Origin: Candidatus Fermentibacterota bacterium
GTDB taxonomy: Bacteria; Fermentibacterota; Fermentibacteria; Fermentibacterales; JCC-6
Length of the DNA stretch: 64,000 nt
Reading direction: 5' to 3'
NCBI GenBank assembly: GCA_963845085.1
Contig: CAWJQI010000005.1
Location: 576,502 to 640,501 of the forward strand
Shown here: one piece after another, positions 8,649-17,344 of the stretch
How the letters are laid out: every line of letters begins with the position of its first letter
Numbering within the stretch: the stretch's first letter is position 1
Position numbers and translations under genes: made by a program
Notes under the pieces: generated by a model
What the model saw: only the letters and a program-made list of their open reading frames with translations
Told to the model about the DNA's origin: nothing
The model's database searches: none

Positions 8649-9688
8649 GGAACCGCGATCCAGCCAAGAGTGTCAGCCAGGTAGACCCCTGCTGCGGCCA
8701 GCACCACCACGGCGGTGATCCGCCACGCGACGCCCATGCCGCGCTTTTTCTTCCTGACAAGGTCAACAAGGGCGCCCACGCTGACCGAGCCGTCGGGCAG
8801 CGAGGAATGCCTCACCTCGTCGTATTCCATCACTTTGCGCTTCCGAAGCAGTACGAGTATCTCGGAAGGGTCCACACAGCTGTACTCGACGCCCGAGCCG
8901 GTTATGACCTGGAATTTCTCGGGCTCCGGGGCATTGTCATCATCAACCGGAACACCCCTGCCGGAATACTCGGGCAGTTCGCCCATTGCGGCAGCGGGGG
9001 CGATGATCCCGGGAAGAACGGAGCCTGCCGGGACCGCCTCGGCCGGGGGCGACACCTGCGGAAGCGGTTCCGGAACAAAAACCCGCTCTGGAATCTGATC
9101 GTGCTGTTCACCCGCATCACCAAGTGCCGCCTGCGGCCAGTTCTCAAGGTCGAACAGCCCGCAGCTTCCAACCGGTTCCCAGGGGCCGTTCGCAAGGGAG
9201 ATCTGGGCTTCCAGGGGAACCCTGGACTCGCTGATCCACCTGCTGATCGTTTCCACATCGGGTGCGGGGTACACCCTGCCGTCGATCATCAGCCGCGGCA
9301 GATCCCCCGTCGCCGTCTCGGCTTCAAGCAGGTGAGCCGAGAGCGCCGGCAATGCCGAGGCCATGACACCGCCGGGTGGGGTTCTGGGCCCCTCGACAAC
9401 TGCGTCGGTGGACAGCCGGCCTTCCCTTGCCCACTTGGCGATGGTCTCGAAACTGCCTGCGGTGAACTCGCCCGAGGACATCCTCACCCGCCAGTGGTTT
9501 TCAGGCGCCAGAAGGGTCTTGAGCCTCGAATCCTGCATAACCGGTTTCCAGTCGTCGGAGCCGGCGGGTCTGAAACGGTCCGAGCTGTCGATCCTGAGAT
9601 CTTCCGCCCATTTCAGGAGTACGTCAAAATCAGCGGCCCTGTGCACCGTACCCCGGTGCTCAAGCTCAAAGGCTTCGCTTTCAGCCAT
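8636..9688 (-). CDS. Tail-anchored protein with four degenerate GYF_2/DUF4339-like repeats
   Basis: 350 aa. Four ~60-80-aa repeats share the pattern 'aromatic/hydrophobic ... W(A/I)..(E/S)(G/S)R(L/V) ... W.PV'. The C-terminus is KKKRG followed by one TM helix (VAWRITAVVVLAAAGVYLA). Confidence 0.55.
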   Translation of the reverse strand: MAESEAFELEHRGTVHRAADFDVLLKWAEDLRIDSSDRFRPAGSDDWKPVMQDSRLKTLLAPENHWRVRMSSGEFTAGSFETIAKWAREGRLSTDAVVEGPRTPPGGVMASALPALSAHLLEAETATGDLPRLMIDGRVYPAPDVETISRWISESRVPLEAQISLANGPWEPVGSCGLFDLENWPQAALGDAGEQHDQIPERVFVPEPLPQVSPPAEAVPAGSVLPGIIAPAAAMGELPEYSGRGVPVDDDNAPEPEKFQVITGSGVEYSCVDPSEILVLLRKRKVMEYDEVRHSSLPDGSVSVGALVDLVRKKKRGMGVAWRITAVVVLAAAGVYLADTLGWIAVPWLP

Positions 9689-9760
9689 GAAACCCCCTCC
9701 CCCTTCCTGGAACGGTTTGCATGTAAAACATAATGCGAACTGCGCCGGGAGAAACCCGTG

Positions 9761-11719
9761 TCAATACGAGCTGACCCTGCCGTCGAAGACAAGGGTTTCC
9801 CCGAGGCCTGCGGCCATGGCTGAGCCGTCGAGGCCCGTCCTGGCGCCTGCGGCATGAATCAGCCTGTCCAGATAGCTGTTCCAGTACTCGGGCACGTTGC
9901 CCGACACGGCATACCTGTGATAAAGCCTCGGGCCGGGCAGGATCGAGACCAGGAACGCCGCCTCCCTGACAGAAAGCTCTTCGACCGAGGTTGCGAAGTA
10001 GTAGGAGGCCGCCTCGCTGAATCCGAACACGTTCGGGCCCATTTCAACAACATTTACATACAGCTCGAGTATCCTGTCCTTGCTCAGCCGCGACTCCATC
10101 CTCCAGGTCAGGAAAACTTCCTGCAGCTTTCTGGCGAGGGTTTTCTCACGGTTCAGAAAGAGGTTTTTCACAAGCTGCATGGAAAGGGTGGACCCCCCCC
10201 TTGCGAACCTGCCCTGGCTGAGGTCGGCACGGATGGAATTCCTCAGGTGGAACTCGCTGAAACCGTTGTGACTGCGAAAAGTGCCATCTTCAGCGGCGCA
10301 GATAAGCGGTTCGAGCCAGGGCGGGAAACTGCCGATCCCTGCAAAGCCCGGGCAGGACTGTGTATCCAGCCCGATCCGACGGGAGTTGCCCCAGCTGTCC
10401 CGCATCAACACCGTCGAGCCCCTGCCGGACGAAAGCCCTTCCATGCCGACGGGACAGTGGTCGACACACAACCTGTCCGCGCAGATCTCGATGGAGACGT
10501 CGGAGCTGTCCGGCCGGTCCCAGTCGAGGAACAGGCTGATGTCGAATGCCAGGCTGCCTGAAAGCCGCAGCCCCCTGAGCCGGCCGAGCATTTCACCCGG
10601 GATCGCGGAGGAGAGCGCAGCGCCGGGCATCGAATCGTTGTAGGCCCTGATCCCGATGTATCTCCTCCCGCCCCATGCACCCGAAAGCTCGTAGTTGCAA
10701 ATGGCTTCCCCGAGCATGATCCTGCCGGAATCGACAGTGAAGACGCCCGATTCAGGAACGATGAGCCCCCTTCCGCTCCCGGCGACCGGAAAGGGGATGG
10801 TGTCGGCGGCAACCGATGGATGGGCGATCCGAAGCCCGGGGAAGGCCACCTCGAAGGTGAAGGAAAGCGTGTCTCCGTCTGTGGTTGCCATTGTGAGCAC
10901 ACCTTCCGGCAGAGCCCCGATGACCGCGCCGTTCGAGGCGTCCTGCAGGAACCCGGAAACCTGGGGCGCGACCTTGTCGAAATCGATGACGATCTCGAAC
11001 CTGGGCCTGCCGTGCTCGATCACGATGCTGAACCCGACCATGACCGGCTGGCCATTTACGCTTGTGACTGCACCCCTGATATCGGCATCCATGCCGCTCT
11101 GCCGCCCGTTCGCGGTCCCGCTGACATGGCTGCCCTCGGCAATCCCCGGCAGCTCGGGAATGCCGGGGAGTCCGGAGCAGTTGCTGAAGACCACGGCGAG
11201 GCTGTCATTGTCCCATCTGACCCCCCACGCTCCTCCCCACCGGCCGGCAAGGCTGAACAGGATCACACCGTCGTCGTACCTCGCGAAAAGGTCGCTTTCC
11301 TGGTCACCTGTTATCAGGGTTCCCTCCAGAATGGATACCGAGGGGCGGTCACCTCCGCGGCTGCCCGGATCGCGGCCCCCATCGGGCTGCTCAACGGGGC
11401 GGACCGTTGCTCCTGTAATGACGACCTCGGTGGCTCCCAGCCCGAAAGGAGCGCCGTTAAGAAGAACCCATACCGAATCGGCAAGAACACCGCGTGAAGG
11501 GAAAACCACCCCGGTGAGGAGAATTGCGCCCGGCCCGCCCGTCACCCCGACCACCGAAACCCTTTCGTCAACAACTGAAAGGGCGCTTACAACGGCATGG
11601 CGGACAATGATCAGGGAGGCTGTTGCAACAAACGCCACCACGACGATGGTCACAAGGGCCGTGATCAGGAGCCGGACAGCCGGGGATGCCATGGGATCAG
11701 CCCTCGAGGGCTTTTTCAA
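9761..11719 (-). CDS. Membrane-anchored protein with C-terminal GT51 peptidoglycan transglycosylase domain
   Basis: 652 aa. One N-terminal TM helix is followed by ~440 aa of unassigned beta-rich sequence, then the GT51 motifs EDGTFRSHNGF, GGSTLSMQLVKN, RKLQEVF and ILELYVNVVEMG. An alternative start is at 11692. Confidence 0.75.
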   Translation of the reverse strand: MKKPSRADPMASPAVRLLITALVTIVVVAFVATASLIIVRHAVVSALSVVDERVSVVGVTGGPGAILLTGVVFPSRGVLADSVWVLLNGAPFGLGATEVVITGATVRPVEQPDGGRDPGSRGGDRPSVSILEGTLITGDQESDLFARYDDGVILFSLAGRWGGAWGVRWDNDSLAVVFSNCSGLPGIPELPGIAEGSHVSGTANGRQSGMDADIRGAVTSVNGQPVMVGFSIVIEHGRPRFEIVIDFDKVAPQVSGFLQDASNGAVIGALPEGVLTMATTDGDTLSFTFEVAFPGLRIAHPSVAADTIPFPVAGSGRGLIVPESGVFTVDSGRIMLGEAICNYELSGAWGGRRYIGIRAYNDSMPGAALSSAIPGEMLGRLRGLRLSGSLAFDISLFLDWDRPDSSDVSIEICADRLCVDHCPVGMEGLSSGRGSTVLMRDSWGNSRRIGLDTQSCPGFAGIGSFPPWLEPLICAAEDGTFRSHNGFSEFHLRNSIRADLSQGRFARGGSTLSMQLVKNLFLNREKTLARKLQEVFLTWRMESRLSKDRILELYVNVVEMGPNVFGFSEAASYYFATSVEELSVREAAFLVSILPGPRLYHRYAVSGNVPEYWNSYLDRLIHAAGARTGLDGSAMAAGLGETLVFDGRVSSY

Positions 11720-12398
11720 CCTCCCGGAGGATTTCGGCTGCAGCCCTTCCGGGATCCTGCGCTCCGGTGATGGGTCTGCCGACCACGAGTGAGTCGGCTC
11801 CGGCAGATATGGCCTCCCCCGGGGTCATAACCCTCTTCTGGTCATCCATTGATGAATCAGCCGGTCTGACGCCGGGCGTTATTATGAAAAAATCCTTCCC
11901 GCATTCCGCCCTGATGGACGAAGCTTCGAGCGGGGAGCAGACAACACCGTACAGGCCCGCTGTCCTGGCGGCGGAGGCGAGCCGCATCGAAGCCTCTCCG
12001 GGCGTGAGCCCGGGAGCGAGGAGCGCAAGGTCCGATGCGTCGAGGCTGGTGAGAACCGTGACCGCTATAAGCCTGGTTCTGCCCGACACCGCCCCTGCGG
12101 CGGCCCTCATCATCCCAAGCCCTCCCGATGCGTGAACGTTCAGAAGGTCCGGCTCGAGCATGCAGGCGGAATGAACGGCCCCGGCCACCGTGTGGGGGAT
12201 GTCGTGAAACTTGAGATCAAGGAAAACCTGGAATCCCAGCTTTCTTGCCTCGTCGACTATCCCCGGCCCCTCGCGGGTGAAAAGCTCGAGCCCGATCTTG
12301 ACCCCCACAGGGAGGCCGCAGAGGGGTTTCAGCATCTCCCTCATATCCGGCCCGCAGTCGCTTGTAACCGCAACGAACACCCTGGAAATCCCGTTCAT
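11697..12398 (-). CDS. pyrF: Orotidine-5'-phosphate decarboxylase
   Basis: 233 aa with the signature FLDLKFHDIPHTV and the C-terminal block VVGRPI. Confidence 0.9.
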   Translation of the reverse strand: MNGISRVFVAVTSDCGPDMREMLKPLCGLPVGVKIGLELFTREGPGIVDEARKLGFQVFLDLKFHDIPHTVAGAVHSACMLEPDLLNVHASGGLGMMRAAAGAVSGRTRLIAVTVLTSLDASDLALLAPGLTPGEASMRLASAARTAGLYGVVCSPLEASSIRAECGKDFFIITPGVRPADSSMDDQKRVMTPGEAISAGADSLVVGRPITGAQDPGRAAAEILREVEKALEG

Positions 12399-12805
12399 TG
12401 ATTGACCACCTTCATCTCCACAAGAACAGCCCCGCGCTCCAGAATGTCCAGCCTGGAAGCGGCACCCCTGGAAAGATCCACGATCCGGCCCGAAACGTAC
12501 GGCCCTCTGTCGTTTACCCTCACTGTCACAGTGTTGTTGTTCTCGGTGTTTGTCACGGACAGAAGCGTGCCGAACGGAAGGGTCCTGTGGGCGCAGGTCA
12601 GGCCGTTCATGTCGAACAGCTCGCCGTTCGCCGTTCTGCGGCCGTGAAAAGCCTCACCGTACCAGCTGGCATAGCCCCTCATTGAAAGACCCGATGTCAC
12701 GACCTGTCTCGCCGTGGTTCCGGTGTACCTGTAAGCCGGGCTCGACACGAGCACGCAGCCGGAGAAGAGCAGGGCAGCAGCGGTAACCGCCACAAGCCTT
12801 CTCAT
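12395..12805 (-). CDS. rlpA: RlpA-family septal-ring lytic transglycosylase (DPBB domain) lipoprotein
   Basis: 136 aa with a lipobox (LLFSGC). The block ASWYGEAFHGRRTANGELFD...AHRTLPFGT...V.V..TNNTVTVRVNDRGPY is characteristic. Confidence 0.85.
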   Translation of the reverse strand: MRRLVAVTAAALLFSGCVLVSSPAYRYTGTTARQVVTSGLSMRGYASWYGEAFHGRRTANGELFDMNGLTCAHRTLPFGTLLSVTNTENNNTVTVRVNDRGPYVSGRIVDLSRGAASRLDILERGAVLVEMKVVNQ

Positions 12806-13671
12806 CCCAGAAGCCCCCCCGCTTCGCTGAGCAGTTCACGCGCAGCGTAGGGCCGGCGCATCAGCCTTGAACCCACCTGGACCATTTCCGCACCGGCGGC
12901 AAGAAGCTCCAGAATGTCCTCCCCGCGGCTCACTCCGCCGGAGGCGAGCACCGGTACCGGAACCGCCTGGGATACCTGCCAGACCCGGGCCACAACGAGC
13001 GGCAGGAGCGCGGGCGACGAGTACCCTGCAACCTTCCTGGCAACAAGCGTTGTTCCCGTTCTCCAGTCCATTTTCATGCCAAGAAAAGTGTTGCATACAG
13101 TGACTGCGTCAGCCCCGCCCTCGCAGGCGGCAAGGGCGGTTTCGACCATGTTGCCGGCATTGGGGGTGAGTTTGACAGAAAAAGGTCTGGCGGTGACGCG
13201 GCGCACCATGGCAGAAATCCTGTTCACCGCGGCGGGGTCGGACCCGAACGGAAGGCCTCCGAACGCGACATTCGGGCAGGACACGTTGATCTCGTACGCC
13301 CACGGAACGGGTGAGCCCTCGAGCACCCCGACCACCGAGGCGAACTCCTCCTCGTTCTCGCCGGCCACGTTCACAATAAGCGGGCATGACATGTTAACTG
13401 ATTTTTCAAGTATTTGGCTTACAACAGAGTAAACACCGGGGTTCGCAAGCCCGATCGAGTTCAGAAGACCGAACTCGGTCTCCTGGATTCTTGGAGGAGG
13501 GTTGCCGTCGCGGGGCTCAAATGTGACCGATTTCGAAACGACGGCGGCCACACCCTGAAGGCTGCCGAGCGCAATTATCTCGGCGCCGAATCCGGCTGTT
13601 CCTCCCGCAAGGATGATGGGCGATTCGAAGTCCTTTCCCCAGAGATGCCTTTCGAGGGTCGGCTGTGTCAT
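12802..13671 (-). CDS. pyrD: Dihydroorotate dehydrogenase, class 1B catalytic subunit
   Basis: The ORF was trimmed to the internal ATG at 13671, which forms an ATGA overlap with the pyrK stop. Supporting blocks are NVSCPNV, GGV..GED and LAGGTAGFG. Confidence 0.85.
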   Translation of the reverse strand: MTQPTLERHLWGKDFESPIILAGGTAGFGAEIIALGSLQGVAAVVSKSVTFEPRDGNPPPRIQETEFGLLNSIGLANPGVYSVVSQILEKSVNMSCPLIVNVAGENEEEFASVVGVLEGSPVPWAYEINVSCPNVAFGGLPFGSDPAAVNRISAMVRRVTARPFSVKLTPNAGNMVETALAACEGGADAVTVCNTFLGMKMDWRTGTTLVARKVAGYSSPALLPLVVARVWQVSQAVPVPVLASGGVSRGEDILELLAAGAEMVQVGSRLMRRPYAARELLSEAGGLLG

Positions 13672-14417
13672 TCGGTCCACCTGTCCCAGTCGAGTTCTTC
13701 GCCCCGGAAAACCGGTCCGTCCGTACAGCACTTCCTGTATCCTCCCCCCGCGGAGGGGATCACGCATCCCTCGCAGACGCCCCAGCCGCATCCCATCCTG
13801 CTCTCAGCCGATACTTGGACCTTGTGCCTGTGTTCCGCCGGTATTGCGTTCCAGACCGCATGCATCATCCCGACCGGTCCGCAGACGGCAATGGCTTCGA
13901 ATCGGGAGGGATCGAGGTCGTGAATCAGGTCGGTGATCAATCCCTGCCTTCCGTTCGTGCCGTCGACCGTTATGCAGTGCTCATCGCCCCCGACGGACAG
14001 CAGCCTCACGGCCGTGGAAGCCCCGATAAGAACGGTCGGGGGTTCGGCCAGCGTTCCTGCCAGAAAGGGAAACCCCGCGGCACCCATTCCACCGCCGACC
14101 AGCAGCCATCTGCCCGGGTGGTGCGTCCAGCCGCGTCCGAGCGGCCCCAGTGTCCGCACGGTGTCACCGGGCCGTAAAGCCTCCAGAAGGGCCGTTCCCC
14201 TGCCCCTGACTTCGAAGACGACCTCGAAGCCATCAGGCAGCAGCCTGTTGATCGTGAACGGTCGTCTTGTCATGGGGAACTGCTCCGGGGAAGGCTCCAT
14301 CTCCAGGAACTGCCCGGGCGAGGCGGTGAAGCCGGGGGCTCCGAATGCCATCCTGACGACCCCGGGGCAGACAGGACCCTTGTCCAAAAGAACCGCATTC
14401 ATATCCATGGCCGTCAT
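13668..14417 (-). CDS. pyrK: Dihydroorotate dehydrogenase electron-transfer subunit (FAD/[2Fe-2S])
   Basis: It has the C-terminal cluster motif MGCGWGVCEGCV and an FNR-like fold block (RPFTI). The start is uncertain: 14417, 14408, 14402 and 14462 are all possible. Confidence 0.8.
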   Translation of the reverse strand: MTAMDMNAVLLDKGPVCPGVVRMAFGAPGFTASPGQFLEMEPSPEQFPMTRRPFTINRLLPDGFEVVFEVRGRGTALLEALRPGDTVRTLGPLGRGWTHHPGRWLLVGGGMGAAGFPFLAGTLAEPPTVLIGASTAVRLLSVGGDEHCITVDGTNGRQGLITDLIHDLDPSRFEAIAVCGPVGMMHAVWNAIPAEHRHKVQVSAESRMGCGWGVCEGCVIPSAGGGYRKCCTDGPVFRGEELDWDRWTE

Positions 14418-14427
14418 CACGTCCCTG

Positions 14428-16077
14428 CTACTCCCCCTCTTCAGGCGGTTCCTCGATGGCATTCAGCCTCAGGGCCGCCTGAAGACCCTCTTCGGTATCG
14501 GGGTAATCGCTGAGCAGCTCCCTCAGATACGACTCGACCAGTGTGTGCGCAAGCCCAGCGCCGTCGGCAGCCCGGTAGGCCGCCCAGAGGACCTGGGCCC
14601 TTGATTCATAGCTCCAGTCCGACCTTAGCAACGCATCGAGCGAATTCAATGCGGATTCCCACTGTCCGGCTTCCATATCGTTCCAGGCCCTTTCAATAAC
14701 CGCTGCGGGCCTGGCCTGGGCGGCCGGCCCGGGCGGCAGGCCAAGAAGCGCCTCGACCCTGCCCGCAAGATCGGAGCTGTCGGCAAGGATGAGGACATCA
14801 CGATAAAGGGCTTCGGAGGAGTCGGAAGGGGTGCTTTCCATGCCTGCCAGAAGGCTCATCGCCATGGCTCTTCTCAACGGGTCTGCGCCCTCCGCCACAG
14901 CTCTAAGTTCCAGAACCGTGCCGGGGGTCGGGCCGTAGAGGTCAAGGCGCTTTTCAGCAGCGAGAAGCCTGAATTTCCACCGGGTGTCGTCGCCGGCTTC
15001 CAGAAGGTTCTCCTCATAGCGCTGCAACAGGCTGAGTTCCCGCTGCCTGTCCGTCGCAAGCCTTGTCCAGAGGTTCGCACCGGAGCGAACGACAAGTGCC
15101 GAGAGGGCCTCGAGGGCATCTTCGATCCTGCCCTGTCTCTCAAGAAGAACCGCCCTCAGGTACAGGGCTTCAGCGCCGGTTTCCAGTGACGTATCATATT
15201 CGGATGCATCTAGATATGCCTGCAGCGCCTCGCTTTCGTTCCCCGAGGCTTCATCCACCCTCCCCTTCAGAAGTGAGATCGCAGCCATCTCGGCATCGGT
15301 TCTGTAGCTTCCAAGAAGGGTGTTGAGCACGTCGGAGGCTCTGTCGGCCCTGCCCGCCATGATCCAGGCCTCGGCGGAAACGAGGTTGGCGCGGTAGTAG
15401 ACGTCGCCCCTCGTTTCTATCTCAACGGCCCTGAGGGCAGTGACGGCTCCGCTGTCAGGCATGCCAAGCTGCATGAGCGTTCTTCCCAGCGTGATGAAGT
15501 ACTCCGCCCTGAGGCTGTCTCCGCCGCGGGGAACCAGAGTGTCAAGAACACCGAGCGCCATGCCGGGCTGATCGGACTGCAGAAGGGCGTCGCAGAGAAG
15601 GAGCCTGGAAAGCGTGTGAAGCCTGCGGTCCTGCGTACTCACCTCGCGGAATGCGGCCGCGGCATCGCTGTAGCGCTGGAGCTGGATCGCGGCTCTTCCC
15701 ATGCCGAGCCTGGCCCTGTCAAGCACGCGCTGGTCGCCGCTCATCACAAGCACGGCCCCGTATGCCATCATCGCGTCCTGAAAGTTCGTTGTTCCGCTGC
15801 CTGTGAGTGTGCGCCTGCCCTTGAGAAGAAGGGCGTCACCGAGAAGAAGCTGCGCGTCATCGACCCACCGGCTGTCGGGGTGGTTTGCCAGAACCTTTCC
15901 CGCGCCGTAGATGGCGTCGTCAAGGAGGGTTTCCTCGAGGGCCACCGGGTTGTCGGGGTTTTCCCGGCACAGAACAAGGGCCTCTTCGTACTTCCTGCGG
16001 GCGTTGTAAAAAGTGTTGAAGTAGGCGCATCCCGTGAAGAAGACAAGCAGCATCAAAAGGATAACGGTCTTTCTCAC
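14428..16077 (-). CDS. TPR-repeat outer-membrane-type lipoprotein
   Basis: A GTG start at 16077 overlaps the pyrC stop (GTGA). The signal/lipobox is VRKTVILLMLLVFFTGC, followed by long TPR-like Ala/Leu repeats. Confidence 0.65.
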   Translation of the reverse strand: MRKTVILLMLLVFFTGCAYFNTFYNARRKYEEALVLCRENPDNPVALEETLLDDAIYGAGKVLANHPDSRWVDDAQLLLGDALLLKGRRTLTGSGTTNFQDAMMAYGAVLVMSGDQRVLDRARLGMGRAAIQLQRYSDAAAAFREVSTQDRRLHTLSRLLLCDALLQSDQPGMALGVLDTLVPRGGDSLRAEYFITLGRTLMQLGMPDSGAVTALRAVEIETRGDVYYRANLVSAEAWIMAGRADRASDVLNTLLGSYRTDAEMAAISLLKGRVDEASGNESEALQAYLDASEYDTSLETGAEALYLRAVLLERQGRIEDALEALSALVVRSGANLWTRLATDRQRELSLLQRYEENLLEAGDDTRWKFRLLAAEKRLDLYGPTPGTVLELRAVAEGADPLRRAMAMSLLAGMESTPSDSSEALYRDVLILADSSDLAGRVEALLGLPPGPAAQARPAAVIERAWNDMEAGQWESALNSLDALLRSDWSYESRAQVLWAAYRAADGAGLAHTLVESYLRELLSDYPDTEEGLQAALRLNAIEEPPEEGE

Positions 16078-17344
16078 TTGAAAACCCTTCCCCTGCAGAT
16101 CGTCATCAGAACCCTGCCGGTGAGTTTCACGCCCGTGAAGGGAGTGTTGCGGGAAAGCGAACGACCGCCCTGGAACACCCATTCCTCGCGCGGATCGAAA
16201 AGCAGGAGTGAATCCGCCCCCTGCCTGAGGTCGGGGATCGCTGTTCCGAGCACGGATGCGGGTATGGTGGACAGCATGGCTGCGACGGCAAGGGGAGCCA
16301 TCCCCGCCCCTCCCGAAAGCACGCTCATTGTGACAGGAAGCAGCGTTTCAAGGCCCGTGATCCCGAAGGGAGCATCCCTCAGGGGTTTCGCCTTTGATTC
16401 TCCGGTATGCGGGGCGTGGTCGCTTGCAACCGCGTTCACAAGACCCCTTGCACACATCTCAACGAGTTCCCTCCTGCTCTTCTCTGAGCGAAGGGGGGGG
16501 TTCATTTTTGCCATGGTTCCCAAAGACCTGGCACTGTCTTCATTGAGCGCGAGGTGATGAGGCGTTGTGTCGCATGTGACCCTCAGCCCCCGGGCGAGAG
16601 CGGCGGCTGCTATCCTGACCGATTCGGGGCATGAGAGATGGGTGAGGTGAAGCCTGGCGCCGGTTCCTTCCAGAAGCGAAACACACCTTGCCGCATCGGA
16701 CCATTCCGCCTCCTCGGGGATACCGGTGACTCCGAGCGCTTCCGAAACCGGCCCGAGGTTCACGACACCGCCCGCGGCAAGTGCAGTATTCTCGGCGTGC
16801 TCGATGATCACACCCCCGAATGCCGCCACCCTGATGCATGCCTCGCGGAAAGATTCATCGGGTACAACGGGGTGCCCGTCGTCGGAAAACGCCGTGATCC
16901 CGATGGATGCAAAGGCTTCAAGGTCGACGAGTCTCCCTCCCCGTCCGCCTTGCGTGACACACGGCACCGGAACCACATGAGCCAGACCAAGGTCGTCGGC
17001 GGCTTTCATGATCCGTTCCACCAGACGGGGGTCATCAAGCGGGGGGAGGTGTTCGGCATCATGCCGACAGTTGTGACGCCGCCTGCAAGGGCGGCGCTCA
17101 GACCGCTCTCAAGGGTTTCGGCGTCGGGGTTCCCCGGGGTTCTGAGATGGACGTGCATGTCGACAAGGCCTGGCATGACCCATAACCCACGGCAGTCAAT
17201 CTCCTCGCAGCCGGAAGGTGCGCCCCCGGTGGCCGGATAGATGACCCTGCCGTTGCGGACCATCAGGTCGGCTTCGGTATCGGTTCCCCCGGCGGGGTTC
17301 AGCACCCTTGGAGCGCAAAGGTAGATGTCAGTCAGAAAAATCAC
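16074..17344 (-). pseudogene. pyrC: Dihydroorotase, split by a single-base frameshift in a C6 run (may be an assembly artefact)
   Basis: ORF 17006-17344 encodes the N-terminus ([14 protein letters not shown]...MPNTSP). ORF 16074-17021 encodes the remainder (..ITAFSDDGHPV..HAEN..HLTHLS..ASDHAPH). Adding one C to the run at 17041-17046 gives the continuous reading [23 protein letters not shown]. Confidence 0.85.

Noticed and set aside
7473-8684. 403-aa plus-strand ORF antisense to deoA. Similar long antisense ORFs occur at 43367-44617, 62355-63578, 59766-60779, 10695-11792, 15616-16557, 38564-39547, 6103-6981 and 18874-19812.
   Set aside because: All are mirror-frame ORFs of strongly supported genes in high-GC DNA. 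Their compositions are dominated by Arg, Gly, Pro and Ala, and they have no recognisable domains.
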